From assembly GCA_031422435.1 (NCBI GenBank), contig JANPLU010000128.1, forward strand, positions 64,001 through 128,000: a stretch of DNA of 64,000 nt. The letters are read 5' to 3'. The stretch's first letter is position 1, and each line of letters begins with the position of its first letter. The DNA comes from Acaryochloridaceae cyanobacterium VAR_48_metabat_390 (lineage in GTDB: Bacteria; Cyanobacteriota; Cyanobacteriia; Thermosynechococcales; Thermosynechococcaceae). The position numbers and the translations under genes are program-made. The notes below the pieces were generated by a model. It saw only the letters and a list, made by a program, of their open reading frames with translations, had not been told where the DNA came from and ran no database searches. Of the stretch, positions 1 to 9,539 are shown piece by piece.

Positions 1-30
1 AAAAATAGGGGATAGTTCTTGCACAAACAT
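1..30 (-). CDS. 5' start of a small conserved cyanobacterial protein (UPF0426-like), truncated by the window edge
   Basis: Minus strand GAGG-N5-ATG then MFVQELSPIF, resembling the MFxDELxPIF N-terminus of this family; only 10 codons are visible. Confidence 0.45.
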   Translation of the reverse strand, partial: MFVQELSPIF

Positions 31-146
31 AGCAACCTCGCACACCTTAACAATTTGATCTTAACGGGTAACCCAAAAAAAGGTTTTAACCAATCTACTT
101 TCCCTCGGCCTTAGTTAAAGACTGATTTCTAGGCATTAGCTCAACA

Positions 147-156
147 TATTATAATA
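147..156. promoter_or_regulatory. Symmetric -10 element (possible bidirectional promoter)
   Basis: Perfect palindrome TATTATAATA gives TATAAT on both strands. Confidence 0.4.
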
Positions 157-278
157 GCCAGGGAAGTTTATCGATACGGCAACCCACGCTTATCCAGCCA
201 GCTTCAAACTGTTAGAGCCAAGCCTTCTACCAAACGTGGGCTTAGGCCTACTCACAGTGGAGAAACACTCCTCCTTGC

Positions 279-311
279 AAAAAAGGGTCTGCAGCTTGCA
301 GACCCTTTTTT
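279..311. terminator. Bidirectional intrinsic terminator downstream of tsf
   Basis: AAAAAAGGGTCTGCA-GCT-TGCAGACCCTTTTTT, a hairpin with a U-tract on either strand. Confidence 0.85.
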
Positions 312-329
312 ATAACAGTTCTAGTTCAA

Positions 330-1052
330 TTACTTCTTTTTTTTGCCCGTGCTTTTGGGTTCAGAAGGTTTTTCTTCGGCTGCTGCCGCTGGAGCAGCTT
401 GCCCTGCGGTGGCTGCAACTTCGTCTGCCAAGTTAGAGACAGGCTTATCAATGCCTTCACCCAGCACAAATCGGCTAAAGCGACGCACCTGGATGTTTTC
501 GCCCAGCTTAGAGATGCTTTGCTTAATCAGCTCTTCGACCGTAATGCTTTGGTCTTTAATGTAAGGCTGGTTGAGTAGGCACAGCTCTTGCATGACCTTA
601 TCGACTTTGCCCTGCACAATTTTTTCTTTCACGCCTTCGGGCTTACCCTTGAGCGTGTCAGATTCGAGGGCGATCGCCTTTTCACGGGCAACAAAGTCAG
701 CCGGAATTTCACCGACGTGAACATAGGAAATATTAGGACAAGCCGCAATCTGCTTGGATATATCCTGGACTAGTGCCTTAAATTCTTCGTTACGAGCAAC
801 GAAGTCGGTTTCGCAGTTAACTTCAACCAGTACACCAATCTGTCCGCCAAAGTGGATATAGCTACCCACTAAGCCTTCAGCGGCAACCCGACCTGACTTT
901 TTACCCGCAGAGGCTAACCCCTTTTTACGGAGGTAGTCTACTGCCTGTTCTAGATCGCCGTCAGTTTCCTGAAGCGCTTTTTTGCAATCCATCATCCCTG
1001 CGCCGGTTTTTTCGCGCAGTTCTTTCACATCTTTTGCTGAAATCTCTGCCAT
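330..1052 (-). CDS. tsf: Translation elongation factor Ts
   Basis: [19 protein letters not shown] and [12 protein letters not shown] motifs; downstream of rpsB. Confidence 0.99.
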   Translation of the reverse strand: MAEISAKDVKELREKTGAGMMDCKKALQETDGDLEQAVDYLRKKGLASAGKKSGRVAAEGLVGSYIHFGGQIGVLVEVNCETDFVARNEEFKALVQDISKQIAACPNISYVHVGEIPADFVAREKAIALESDTLKGKPEGVKEKIVQGKVDKVMQELCLLNQPYIKDQSITVEELIKQSISKLGENIQVRRFSRFVLGEGIDKPVSNLADEVAATAGQAAPAAAAEEKPSEPKSTGKKKK

Positions 1053-1194
1053 GATGCTGCCTCAGATGTTCTCTAATGTCAAAATACGCTATGGATTCAA
1101 GAGTAATGTGTTGCGGTTAAAACGCGCAGCACACGAGATTTATGCATCTCATTTGAGCCTACACAGTTTTTAGATGGGGCTTAGTCTTAAATTC

Positions 1195-1222
1195 TAGGGT
1201 GCGATAGGTTTGTCGCACCCTA
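1195..1222 (-). terminator. Intergenic stem-loop between rpsB and tsf (attenuator or stabiliser)
   Basis: TAGGGTGCGATA-GGTT-TGTCGCACCCTA inverted repeat. Confidence 0.55.
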
Positions 1223-1233
1223 AAACACGAGTT

Positions 1234-2019
1234 TTACTCTTCTGAATCTCCGGTGGCTTCGGTGCCGTCGTAGGCTACATCGTCTTCGTATACTGTATCG
1301 TCTTCGTCGTAGTCGAAGTCTGCGCCGCCTTCCACTTCGCCATGTCGCCCTTCGTAAATGGCATCTGCCAATTTACCCACGATAAGCTTAATGGAGCGGA
1401 TTGCATCGTCGTTTGCAGGGATGGGGATGTCTACCCAATCTGGATCGCAGTTGGTGTCGAGCAGCGACACGATGGGCAGACCCAGCTTTTGGCATTCCTG
1501 CACGGCGTTATATTCACGGCGCACATCCACCATGATCACGACATCTGGCAGCTTGCTCATTTGCTTGAGTCCACCGAGATACTTTTCGAGCTTTTCGAGT
1601 TCACGACGGAGTTTAGAAGCTTCTTGCTTAGGCAGTAGTTCAAAAATGCCGCTGTCGTGTCGTCGCTCTAGATCTTTGAGGCGATCAATTCGGGTTTTGA
1701 TGGTGGTCCAGTTGGTGAGCATTCCACCTAGCCAACGCTGGTTGACGTAGTAGCTACCGCAGCGGGCGGCTTCTTGAGCCACAATGCCAGCGGCTTGGCG
1801 CTTAGTACCCACAAACAAAAAGCGTTTGCCAGATTCTGCTGCTGAGCGAACATAGTAGTAGGCATCATCCATGAGCTGGGCGGTTTGCACCAAGTCAATG
1901 ATGTGGACGCCATTGCGCTCAGTAAAGATGTAGCTAGACATCTTAGGGTTCCAGCGGCGCGCTTGATGACCGAAGTGAACTCCGGCCTCAAGCATTTGAG
2001 CGAGACCAATAACGGGCAT
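1234..2019 (-). CDS. rpsB: 30S ribosomal protein S2
   Basis: [27 protein letters not shown] and [10 protein letters not shown] motifs. Confidence 0.99.
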   Translation of the reverse strand: MPVIGLAQMLEAGVHFGHQARRWNPKMSSYIFTERNGVHIIDLVQTAQLMDDAYYYVRSAAESGKRFLFVGTKRQAAGIVAQEAARCGSYYVNQRWLGGMLTNWTTIKTRIDRLKDLERRHDSGIFELLPKQEASKLRRELEKLEKYLGGLKQMSKLPDVVIMVDVRREYNAVQECQKLGLPIVSLLDTNCDPDWVDIPIPANDDAIRSIKLIVGKLADAIYEGRHGEVEGGADFDYDEDDTVYEDDVAYDGTEATGDSEE

Positions 2020-2032
2020 ATTTCTTTCTCCT

Positions 2033-2112
2033 ATTCGGGTTTATCCTCCATCTGAGGGGATTTCAGCGCCTAGCTGGGCAAGCTGGAAACACCCGAATTC
2101 TCAGATGTGTGA
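2033..2112 (-). promoter_or_regulatory. rpsB 5' leader (S2 autoregulatory, t44-like RNA)
   Basis: Minus strand CACACA-TCTGAG...GGGTG...CTCAGA-TGGAGG...AAACCC; the CATCTGAG/CTCAGATG stem and GGGT/ACCC complementarity match the S2-leader layout. Confidence 0.75.
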
Positions 2113-2293
2113 TTTTTAGACAACTCTGCTAGGGTAACATACCTGATGTTTGAGTTGAATACCTGAAATTAGGCGGCAATGGTGTTGTGAGCCTATGGGA
2201 ACACAATCTCAGCTCTCGTTTTGTCGCTAATTCAGCCCTCTAATCAACATCCTGTTGAAGGGATATGTTCTATGTTCTCGGCTAAATTTAGCC

Positions 2294-3403
2294 TTAAGCG
2301 CAGGTTTGCCAGAGCGCATCAATGGCTGAACCTAGGTTAGGAAAATCTGAATGCTGCTCAATCCACTGGACTATTATTGGTTGATTCTCAGTGCTAGATT
2401 TACCTAACTTTCCTAATGCCATAGCTGCTCTAAACCGCACAAATGAGTATTCATCCTTGAGGAAGCCTAACAGTCCCTGTAATACAATTTCTGAGCGATC
2501 ACCCAGTTTCAAAAATGCGGTGACGGCATCAGCACGCATATCGGCCTTTGGATCCTCTAGGAGGTTGAGAAGTTCGTTAACCACAGCTTCAGAGCGATCT
2601 CCCAAGTTCACCAATGTCTCTGCGGCCCCATAACAGACATATGAATTTTCATCTCTAAGCAGTGCGAGGAGTTTTGAGTAAATCTGATTTAAGAGACCGT
2701 CCAAGTGCCCTAATGCATCTGCTACCTCGCGAGGCACATATGAGTTTCCATTTCTATACAGTCTAATAAGAGCTTGGCGCACAGCTTCGGAGATATCACC
2801 TAATTCCATTAGTTTCTTAACTGCTCGAACACAAGTGTATGGGTGTGTATCCTTAAGTAGGTCAGTAAGAGCTTGGCGCACAGCTTCAGAGGTATCACCT
2901 AATTCCACTAGCTTCTCTGCTGCTCGAATACGCACCTCTGAGTTTTCATCCTTAAGTAGAATGAGAAGAGCTTGGATTAAAACTCTAGAGCAGTCATCCA
3001 AGAATACTAATGCATCTATTGCTAGATGGCGAACTGCTGGGTCTTTATTCTTAAGTAGTGTCCTGAACGCTTGTTGGAGAGAATCTTTAGTCCAATCACC
3101 GATGAAACTCAAAGCATATGCTGCAAGACAACAGACTTCGTAATCTTCATCCTTAAGCAGTTCAATGAAAGTCTGGCACATAGCTTCGGAGGTATCAGCC
3201 AATTCCACTAATTTCCTTGCTGCTCGAACACGCACCTCTGAGCTTTTATCCTTAAGAAGGTTAATCAGGATTTCAAGGGCAATCTTTTTTTCTCCCAAAT
3301 TTATTTGAAAATCTAGAAATCTATCTTGATCAATTTGAGCTTTTGAAGCTTTCAAATAGGTTAAGACTTTGACATCAAAAGCAGTTTCCTTAAGCCAACT
3401 GAA
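2294..3403 (-). CDS. HEAT-repeat (PBS-lyase-like) domain, probably the frameshifted C-terminus of the upstream NACHT protein
   Basis: About 9 repeats of LxxLLKDxxxxVRxxAAxxL; the frame is open upstream of the TTG at 3355 as far as about 3407 (FSWLKETAFDVKVLTYLKASK). Confidence 0.85.
   Translation of the reverse strand, partial: FSWLKETAFDVKVLTYLKASKAQIDQDRFLDFQINLGEKKIALEILINLLKDKSSEVRVRAARKLVELADTSEAMCQTFIELLKDEDYEVCCLAAYALSFIGDWTKDSLQQAFRTLLKNKDPAVRHLAIDALVFLDDCSRVLIQALLILLKDENSEVRIRAAEKLVELGDTSEAVRQALTDLLKDTHPYTCVRAVKKLMELGDISEAVRQALIRLYRNGNSYVPREVADALGHLDGLLNQIYSKLLALLRDENSYVCYGAAETLVNLGDRSEAVVNELLNLLEDPKADMRADAVTAFLKLGDRSEIVLQGLLGFLKDEYSFVRFRAAMALGKLGKSSTENQPIIVQWIEQHSDFPNLGSAIDALWQTCA
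2767..3255. repeat. Nucleotide-level tandem duplication of HEAT units (99-nt period)
   Basis: TAAGAGCTTGGCGCACAGCTTC recurs at 2767 and 2866; a near-copy lies at about 3175-3255. Confidence 0.8.
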
Positions 3404-5496
3404 ATCTCAAAGGTTTCTTTTTTGATCGATCTTCCAATTCGTTTTTCATCGTCTGTTTCTAGAGTAACAAGCCGTTGTAATATTTCTGAAACAGTTCCTA
3501 GTGATGCGGGCGCTAATTTTTCTGGGTCTTCGGTCAAACAATGCCCTGCAAAAAGCAAATCTCGATGCAGCCATTTCTCATACTGACTATTCCGTCGCAA
3601 AATAACCTCGATAGCCTTTGCTGCTTTTTTCCCCTGTAACTGACTAACAAGCAGCAAAATTACTTCTCTCCAATGAGAATTGTGTAAATGGGTTTGAATT
3701 GCCTCGTAGATCAGTTCTGAATTATCTTCGTACTCTGCTTGGTTCAGAATTGCTTCTGCCGTCAAATATTCCTGAAACGTCTTATGCACAAAAGCATAAC
3801 GACCCCGCCCATACTCATTCAACAAACCCGACCGATCTCGAATAAACGCCACAAATCGCTCCGCCTCCTCCTTTGCCTGATGGAGCTTCACCTGCGGGTA
3901 TTCCTGCCGAATAATTAGGCTTAACTGGGTAAGCAACTCCCCTTCTTCAATCACTGTGCCGCTTTCCGTTGTCTGGGTTTCGTACTGGGTATGTATCCAG
4001 TAAGCCAACTGACTCATCACCCGCCGCAAATCATCATCTCGATCTAGATGCTTAAATTCCCCATAGGTTTCTCCCTTCCCCTTACGATCCCAACTTTTCA
4101 GCAGCGTATCCACCGCACGGTCATAAAGCTTATATCGCCGCTTCGGCAACGTATCCTGATAGCGATGAATCAACGCCACCATCGTCAACAGCAGTGGGTT
4201 CCTCACCAGATCTTGCAAACGATCTTTACTCTTGAGCGCATCCTGCAAATCCCGAATCATCTCCTGCGCCTCCGCCGCATTTTCGCAGCGGTTTTCATAC
4301 CAATGCTCAATAAACTCCTGAATTTGCGCCTCATTAAATAGCTCTAACTCAAAATGCGGATAGGCATCCGTACGGAAATAATCTCGCCGATAGCCCCAAG
4401 GACGCGACGTAATCACCGCCCAATTATTCTCATGGGCCGCCAAAAAGCAGTTAATCTTTTCCACCAGCGCCGCACGGGTCGAATCTTCCGCCACCTCATC
4501 TAAGCCATCTAGCAACAGCAGCGCCTGTCCCTCCGTCCAATGCTCCAAAAATCCCGTCGGCAAATCCACTTGCAGCGTATTCTCAGCAAAATCTCGCACC
4601 TGATCTAGCAAAGACCGTTCAGGATACTTCGCCCAATCCCGCATATAAACCAAAATCGGCAACCGCTCCACACCTTCCGGCAAGCCAATCTCAGCCCCTT
4701 TCTCCCCAGCCGCCATCACCGCCAAATACCGCATCAGCGTCGTCTTCCCTGTCCCTGGATCGCCCAACACCACCACCCGCTGCCGCGTTGTCGCCCTCAA
4801 TATTTCGTGCGCCAACATCGATCGCCCCCGCTGTTGAGCATGGCGATCGCGCTGTTCTTGCCACAGTTGTGCTTGTCGCTCCGTCAACTGCTCAGGGCGT
4901 TCTGGCAATAACCGCTCAGGACTGAATGCTAATTTTGTAACCTCTTCCGACACATTCGGCACCACAAAAATATCCAGCAGCCGCGCCGCCCGATGATCCT
5001 CACGGGCGCTAACATCAATCCCGACAAACTTCACATCCTCACAGCTCGTAATCAGCCGATCTCGGTATTCCCGCAGCTTGGCACGGTAGCGGATAAACGT
5101 ATTCGTTTGTTCAAAATACGTCTCCACAAAAATCCGCAGCCATTGTACAAGCTGTTCTGGTTCCACGGATTTCATGCGAGGCGTTGCTTTGGCTGCCTGC
5201 TCAAAGGCAACCCTTAAAACCTCAACATCCGGTTTTTCTGCACCCTTCTGCAACTCTTCTAGACCAATGCCACCACCCAAAAACGCCTGCAAAAACCCTT
5301 CAACCCGATCTTTATCATCTGCATTCAGCGATGGCACCAGTTCAGCTTTTGCTTGAGCTTTATTCAATGTAACTTCAAGCGCTTTTTCAACCTCGCTTTT
5401 GCTGAGTTGCTGGGAAACGCCGCTAATCCCAGCCTCTACAACCCTACGGGCGATCGCCCCTACAATGGCCTTTCCAAACCCTAATTCCCAAACCAT
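3361..5496 (-). CDS. NACHT (STAND) NTPase, NLR-like, N-terminal part of a split gene
   Basis: Walker A GDPGTGKTT, Walker B LLLLDGLDEV, ITSR, NPLLLTM, FVHKTFQEYL and WREVILLL motifs. Confidence 0.93.
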   Translation of the reverse strand: MVWELGFGKAIVGAIARRVVEAGISGVSQQLSKSEVEKALEVTLNKAQAKAELVPSLNADDKDRVEGFLQAFLGGGIGLEELQKGAEKPDVEVLRVAFEQAAKATPRMKSVEPEQLVQWLRIFVETYFEQTNTFIRYRAKLREYRDRLITSCEDVKFVGIDVSAREDHRAARLLDIFVVPNVSEEVTKLAFSPERLLPERPEQLTERQAQLWQEQRDRHAQQRGRSMLAHEILRATTRQRVVVLGDPGTGKTTLMRYLAVMAAGEKGAEIGLPEGVERLPILVYMRDWAKYPERSLLDQVRDFAENTLQVDLPTGFLEHWTEGQALLLLDGLDEVAEDSTRAALVEKINCFLAAHENNWAVITSRPWGYRRDYFRTDAYPHFELELFNEAQIQEFIEHWYENRCENAAEAQEMIRDLQDALKSKDRLQDLVRNPLLLTMVALIHRYQDTLPKRRYKLYDRAVDTLLKSWDRKGKGETYGEFKHLDRDDDLRRVMSQLAYWIHTQYETQTTESGTVIEEGELLTQLSLIIRQEYPQVKLHQAKEEAERFVAFIRDRSGLLNEYGRGRYAFVHKTFQEYLTAEAILNQAEYEDNSELIYEAIQTHLHNSHWREVILLLVSQLQGKKAAKAIEVILRRNSQYEKWLHRDLLFAGHCLTEDPEKLAPASLGTVSEILQRLVTLETDDEKRIGRSIKKETFEISVGLRKLLLMSKS

Positions 5497-5597
5497 CTGC
5501 GATCACTCTCCACCTTCATCCCTCTGTCATTTTAGGTGAGGGAAAATGGCGATCGCAGTTTTACGACTGAAGTAACGGGTTCTTTTGAGCTTGTTTT

Positions 5598-6515
5598 TCA
5601 GGAATGCGATTGCAGCCAGTCATCCAAATCAGCCATCTCAGTAAAATCCAACAGCGCCTCACCCAGTGCTTCAACTTGGGTAACAGATAAAGCTTGAAGT
5701 TGGGACTCCACAGATGAAGTCAACGTCCCAATACGTCGGTTGAGTAGTCGAAGAACAATAGATCTCTCCCCATCTTGCCGCCCACGCTGTAGACCTTGTT
5801 GCAAGCCCTCTTCTAAAGTCTCTTGCCGCCACTTCTCGTAAACCGGAGTCAAATTCATCGCCAAAGCCCTCTCGTCCGTGGTTAAATTCTGCCCTATATT
5901 CAAGCTAATTTGCAACACCGCCAAATGCTCCATCGTTTTACGCTTCATCGAGTGGTCTGACGGTAAAGCCAATAACTCAGAAATCGCCCTTCGCTGCACC
6001 CCATCTCGCCCCATTAATCGTAGCCATAGCGTTGTCTCATCCACCGGAAGCTGATGAATTGCCACCAGCGCCGTGCGAAACTGCGGCGGTAGAAAGTAAA
6101 ATCCCGTAGACCAACTGGGGTCGTATCCTGCACCAAATCCCAGCACCACGCGCTCAGAAACGGTTGGGCTTAAAATCCATAATCGAGGCAAAGCCGATTC
6201 GAGCAAAGATTTTTTCTCTCGTTTCGCCTGCCGCCGAAAGACTTCGGTCAAATCAATCAGCTTGCCAACGCAGCTACTCACATCCTGAAATTGGACAGAG
6301 TTGCGAAACGGTTCAATAACACAGCACTGAACCGCCATGCGACCCAACAATCCCAAGGCAAACAAACCTTCTTGAGCTTCATCATGGGGTGAAAACCACA
6401 GGTCAACCTCACGGGTTTCACTGGTTACTTTACGACTGGTCGTAACCGTCCCCAACGATTCAAGTAATGCTTCAAGATGTTGTTTGGCAAACAGATCGTG
6501 ATGGGTACGAGTCAT
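5598..6515 (-). CDS. Rpn-like PD-(D/E)XK-family protein with a C-terminal DUF4351 domain
   Basis: HDLFAKQ..EVDLWF..IEPF N-terminus, EEGLQQGLQRG linker, LRLLNRRIG..LGEALLDF..LDDWL tail. Confidence 0.85.
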   Translation of the reverse strand: MTRTHHDLFAKQHLEALLESLGTVTTSRKVTSETREVDLWFSPHDEAQEGLFALGLLGRMAVQCCVIEPFRNSVQFQDVSSCVGKLIDLTEVFRRQAKREKKSLLESALPRLWILSPTVSERVVLGFGAGYDPSWSTGFYFLPPQFRTALVAIHQLPVDETTLWLRLMGRDGVQRRAISELLALPSDHSMKRKTMEHLAVLQISLNIGQNLTTDERALAMNLTPVYEKWRQETLEEGLQQGLQRGRQDGERSIVLRLLNRRIGTLTSSVESQLQALSVTQVEALGEALLDFTEMADLDDWLQSHS

Positions 6516-6605
6516 CCAGGGAAATTAATGGTGCATTGCGCCAACCATCGTACTACACCGCTATCACAACCCACTCTCTTAGCTACGGTTATAGCCCAAC
6601 CAGAA

Positions 6606-8948
6606 CTAATTCACCCGCTGGAGCGCAGTAATTTTGGGGTCTAAAATCTTTTGTCCCATCCCTGGGAACTTGACTGCCAAGCAAATTTTGTCGGCTGCAC
6701 CAAAGATATGGGTCACTTCACCAATGCCAAAGCCCTTGTGGATGAGGCGATCGCCCACGGACCAATCTTGAGCATGGGTATTGGGCAGTGCCGAAGGCTT
6801 TTCTTTCGTGGGCGCTGCCATTTCAGGCTTGTGCTTGGGAATCGCAAGGGGCGAGTTGAGCTGCATTAGCTCTCGCGGAATTTCTGACAGAAACAGCGAA
6901 GCCACCGCAGGTTCACGAGAGCCGTAGAGCCGACGTTCACGAGCATGGGAAATAAACAGTCGCTCCTGGGCGCGGGTAATGCCCACGTAGCAAAGGCGAC
7001 GCTCTTCTTCGAGAGAGGCAGGGTCATCTAAAGAGCGGAAATTAGGGAACAGTCCCTGCTCTAGCCCTACTAAAAACACAATCGGGAACTCTAGACCCTT
7101 CGCCGAGTGCAGCGTCATCAGCGTAACCGTATCCGTTGAGTCTTTGCTGTCTGCATCGGAGGCCAAAGCAGCATTCGCCAAGAAGGTATTTAGCGACTGG
7201 TCATCATTTTCTTCGGCGTACTGAAGCGACGCATTATAGAGTTCTTTGACGTTGCCGAGCCGCTCGTCAGCTTCATCGGTGCCCTGCTCCTGCAAATCGC
7301 GCACATAGCCAGACTGCTCCAAAACACCTTGGATAATATCGGCAGCGGGCTTGGTTTCAACTTCTGCCTGCCAGTGCTGAATCATGGCAACAAACTGCAA
7401 AATCGGCTTTGAACTACGAGCCGCTAGAGTTTTAACCGCAGATTCATCACTGAGGATTTCCCACAGCGGAACGCCCAGCTCCTGCGCCGCTTGACCCAGG
7501 CGATCAAGGGTCGTTTTGCCTACGCCACGTCGCGGGGTATTAATCACCCGCTGAAGGCTGAGAGTATCAGCAGGGTTGACGATGAGACGCAGATAGGCCA
7601 ACACGTCCTTAATTTCTTTGCGGTCATAGAACTTGAGTCCCCCCACCACGGTGTAGGGAACGCCCCACCGTACTAAAGAATCTTCAAACGCACGGGATTG
7701 GGCATTGGTGCGGTACAGAATGGCAAAGTCGCCAAAGTTCACCTCTGGGTTCTCTCGCTCAATCGTCCGGATTTGGTCGATCACAAACTCGGCCTCGTGC
7801 TGCTCATCATCGGCACGGAAGCAGTAGATCGTATCGCCTTCGCCCCGCGTGGCCTTCAGCACCTTATCGATCCGCTCGGTATTGTGCTCAATCAGGGCAT
7901 TGGCGGCTTCGAGAATATTGGCAGTAGAGCGATAGTTTTCCTCCAGCTTCACCATCGTGCGGGTGTCGTCATCGGGGAGTCGATCGCCAAAATCCTGCTG
8001 GAAGCCCATCAAAATGGTGAAGTCAGCCGCACGGAACGAATAAATGGACTGATCCGCATCGCCCACCACAAAAATGGAGCGGTTCTGCCAGTTTTTGAAA
8101 GTTTCGACAGCCTCGCCATTGGTGGCGATATATCGCAGCAGATCGTACTGGGTGCGGTTGGTGTCTTGGTACTCATCCACCAGCATGTGATGGAACTGGC
8201 TGTGCCAGTAGGCCAACACCTGTTCATTTTGGGCAAAGAGCTGCACCAAAACCCGAATTAAGTCATCAAAGTCGAGGGCGTTGTTGGCAGCTAGCGCATC
8301 TTGGTACGCCTCATAGACGCTGGCGATGACGCGACCGCGAAAGTTATTGTTCTCGGCCTCGTACTGTTGGGCGGTCTGGCCTAAGTTTTTAGCGTTGCTA
8401 ATGGCAAAGCGTACCGAGCGAGGTGGAAACTTGCGATCGTCTAGATTCAGACGGTTGGTGACAATATCTTTGATCAGGCTTTGAACATCCGATTCATCAA
8501 AAATCGAGAAGTTTTTCTCCCAGCGACGACCCTTTTCATCCTGATACTTATTGATTTCCATCCGCAGCAGCCGCGCACACAGACTATGGAAGGTGCCAAT
8601 CCATAAGTGCTTCGTAATGGTTTTGTAAACCCGCGATCGCAGTTTGGTTTGCTCATAGGCTGGCAGTAGCTCCAATGCCTTACCCTGCTCCTGAAGCGCT
8701 AACTGCTCTGCAAATAGTTTCTCAATCCGCTCCTTCATTTCGCGGGCGGCCTTGTTAGTAAACGTAACCGCCAAAATATTTTCTGGATTCACCCGATGCT
8801 TCAGCACCAAATTAGAAATGCGATAGGTAAGGGCGCGGGTTTTGCCCGAACCTGCGCCAGCCACCACCAGTAAAGGGCCGCAGTAATGCTCGACAGCCTG
8901 ACGTTGAGAAGAATTCAGGAGGCTTAAAAAGTCAGCAGAGGAGGGCAT
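6606..8948 (-). CDS. pcrA: ATP-dependent DNA helicase PcrA/UvrD
   Basis: AGAGSGKT, VDEYQDTN, VGDADQSIY, ENYRS, TLHSAKGLEF and YVGITRA helicase motifs. Confidence 0.97.
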   Translation of the reverse strand: MPSSADFLSLLNSSQRQAVEHYCGPLLVVAGAGSGKTRALTYRISNLVLKHRVNPENILAVTFTNKAAREMKERIEKLFAEQLALQEQGKALELLPAYEQTKLRSRVYKTITKHLWIGTFHSLCARLLRMEINKYQDEKGRRWEKNFSIFDESDVQSLIKDIVTNRLNLDDRKFPPRSVRFAISNAKNLGQTAQQYEAENNNFRGRVIASVYEAYQDALAANNALDFDDLIRVLVQLFAQNEQVLAYWHSQFHHMLVDEYQDTNRTQYDLLRYIATNGEAVETFKNWQNRSIFVVGDADQSIYSFRAADFTILMGFQQDFGDRLPDDDTRTMVKLEENYRSTANILEAANALIEHNTERIDKVLKATRGEGDTIYCFRADDEQHEAEFVIDQIRTIERENPEVNFGDFAILYRTNAQSRAFEDSLVRWGVPYTVVGGLKFYDRKEIKDVLAYLRLIVNPADTLSLQRVINTPRRGVGKTTLDRLGQAAQELGVPLWEILSDESAVKTLAARSSKPILQFVAMIQHWQAEVETKPAADIIQGVLEQSGYVRDLQEQGTDEADERLGNVKELYNASLQYAEENDDQSLNTFLANAALASDADSKDSTDTVTLMTLHSAKGLEFPIVFLVGLEQGLFPNFRSLDDPASLEEERRLCYVGITRAQERLFISHARERRLYGSREPAVASLFLSEIPRELMQLNSPLAIPKHKPEMAAPTKEKPSALPNTHAQDWSVGDRLIHKGFGIGEVTHIFGAADKICLAVKFPGMGQKILDPKITALQRVN

Positions 8949-9113
8949 AGCAGATTGTCAGCAGAGCGTGGGAGGAATTTAGAATCTTGCAAAACCATTA
9001 CAGGACGACACATCGCCTTAGCACCTTGGTTTTATAGAGCGCCTCTCCATCTTAAGACCGATCTGACTAAGCATATTGGCTTACTTAAGATTTTGATGAT
9101 TCTGGTCTTCTAT

Positions 9114-9533
9114 TTAAACCTGATCGCAGGTTTCACAAGCCCCATGAGGATACTTGGATTGATAAGTCTCTGATCGCCGTCCAAACCAGGCATAGCGGTT
9201 ATCGCGAACTTGTGTATAGGTGCGATCGCCCAATCCCTTGAGGCCAGGAATGGCGCGGTACGCCTGAACTGCGATCGCACCCGCAGGCAGTAGCCGCGCA
9301 ATCTCTTCAGCAGCGTCACTGCCCTGCCAGCGCTGAAATGGGTTGTCTGCTCGCAGCAAAATCATGCCCATCTCGCAGTCTTGGGGAGTGATATTCCACT
9401 GTGCAAGGGTGTCCGAATCCTGCATGGGTACGTAGCTAAACAGACTGCCGCGCTCTAGCTGTTCTAGCGCCTGCACGAGCGTTGAGCATAAATTACAGCG
9501 ACCGTCATAAATTACGACATAAGAAGCAGTCAT
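9114..9533 (-). CDS. DCC-family thiol-disulfide oxidoreductase (DUF393)
   Basis: N-terminal YDGRCNLC (DxxCxxC) and C-terminal NRYAWFG. Confidence 0.88.
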   Translation of the reverse strand: MTASYVVIYDGRCNLCSTLVQALEQLERGSLFSYVPMQDSDTLAQWNITPQDCEMGMILLRADNPFQRWQGSDAAEEIARLLPAGAIAVQAYRAIPGLKGLGDRTYTQVRDNRYAWFGRRSETYQSKYPHGACETCDQV

Positions 9534-9539
9534 ACAGGT

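Noticed and set aside
255..311. Yfr1 sRNA
   Set aside because: Has ACTCCTCCTT rather than the diagnostic ACTCCTCACAC; kept only as an unnamed sRNA candidate
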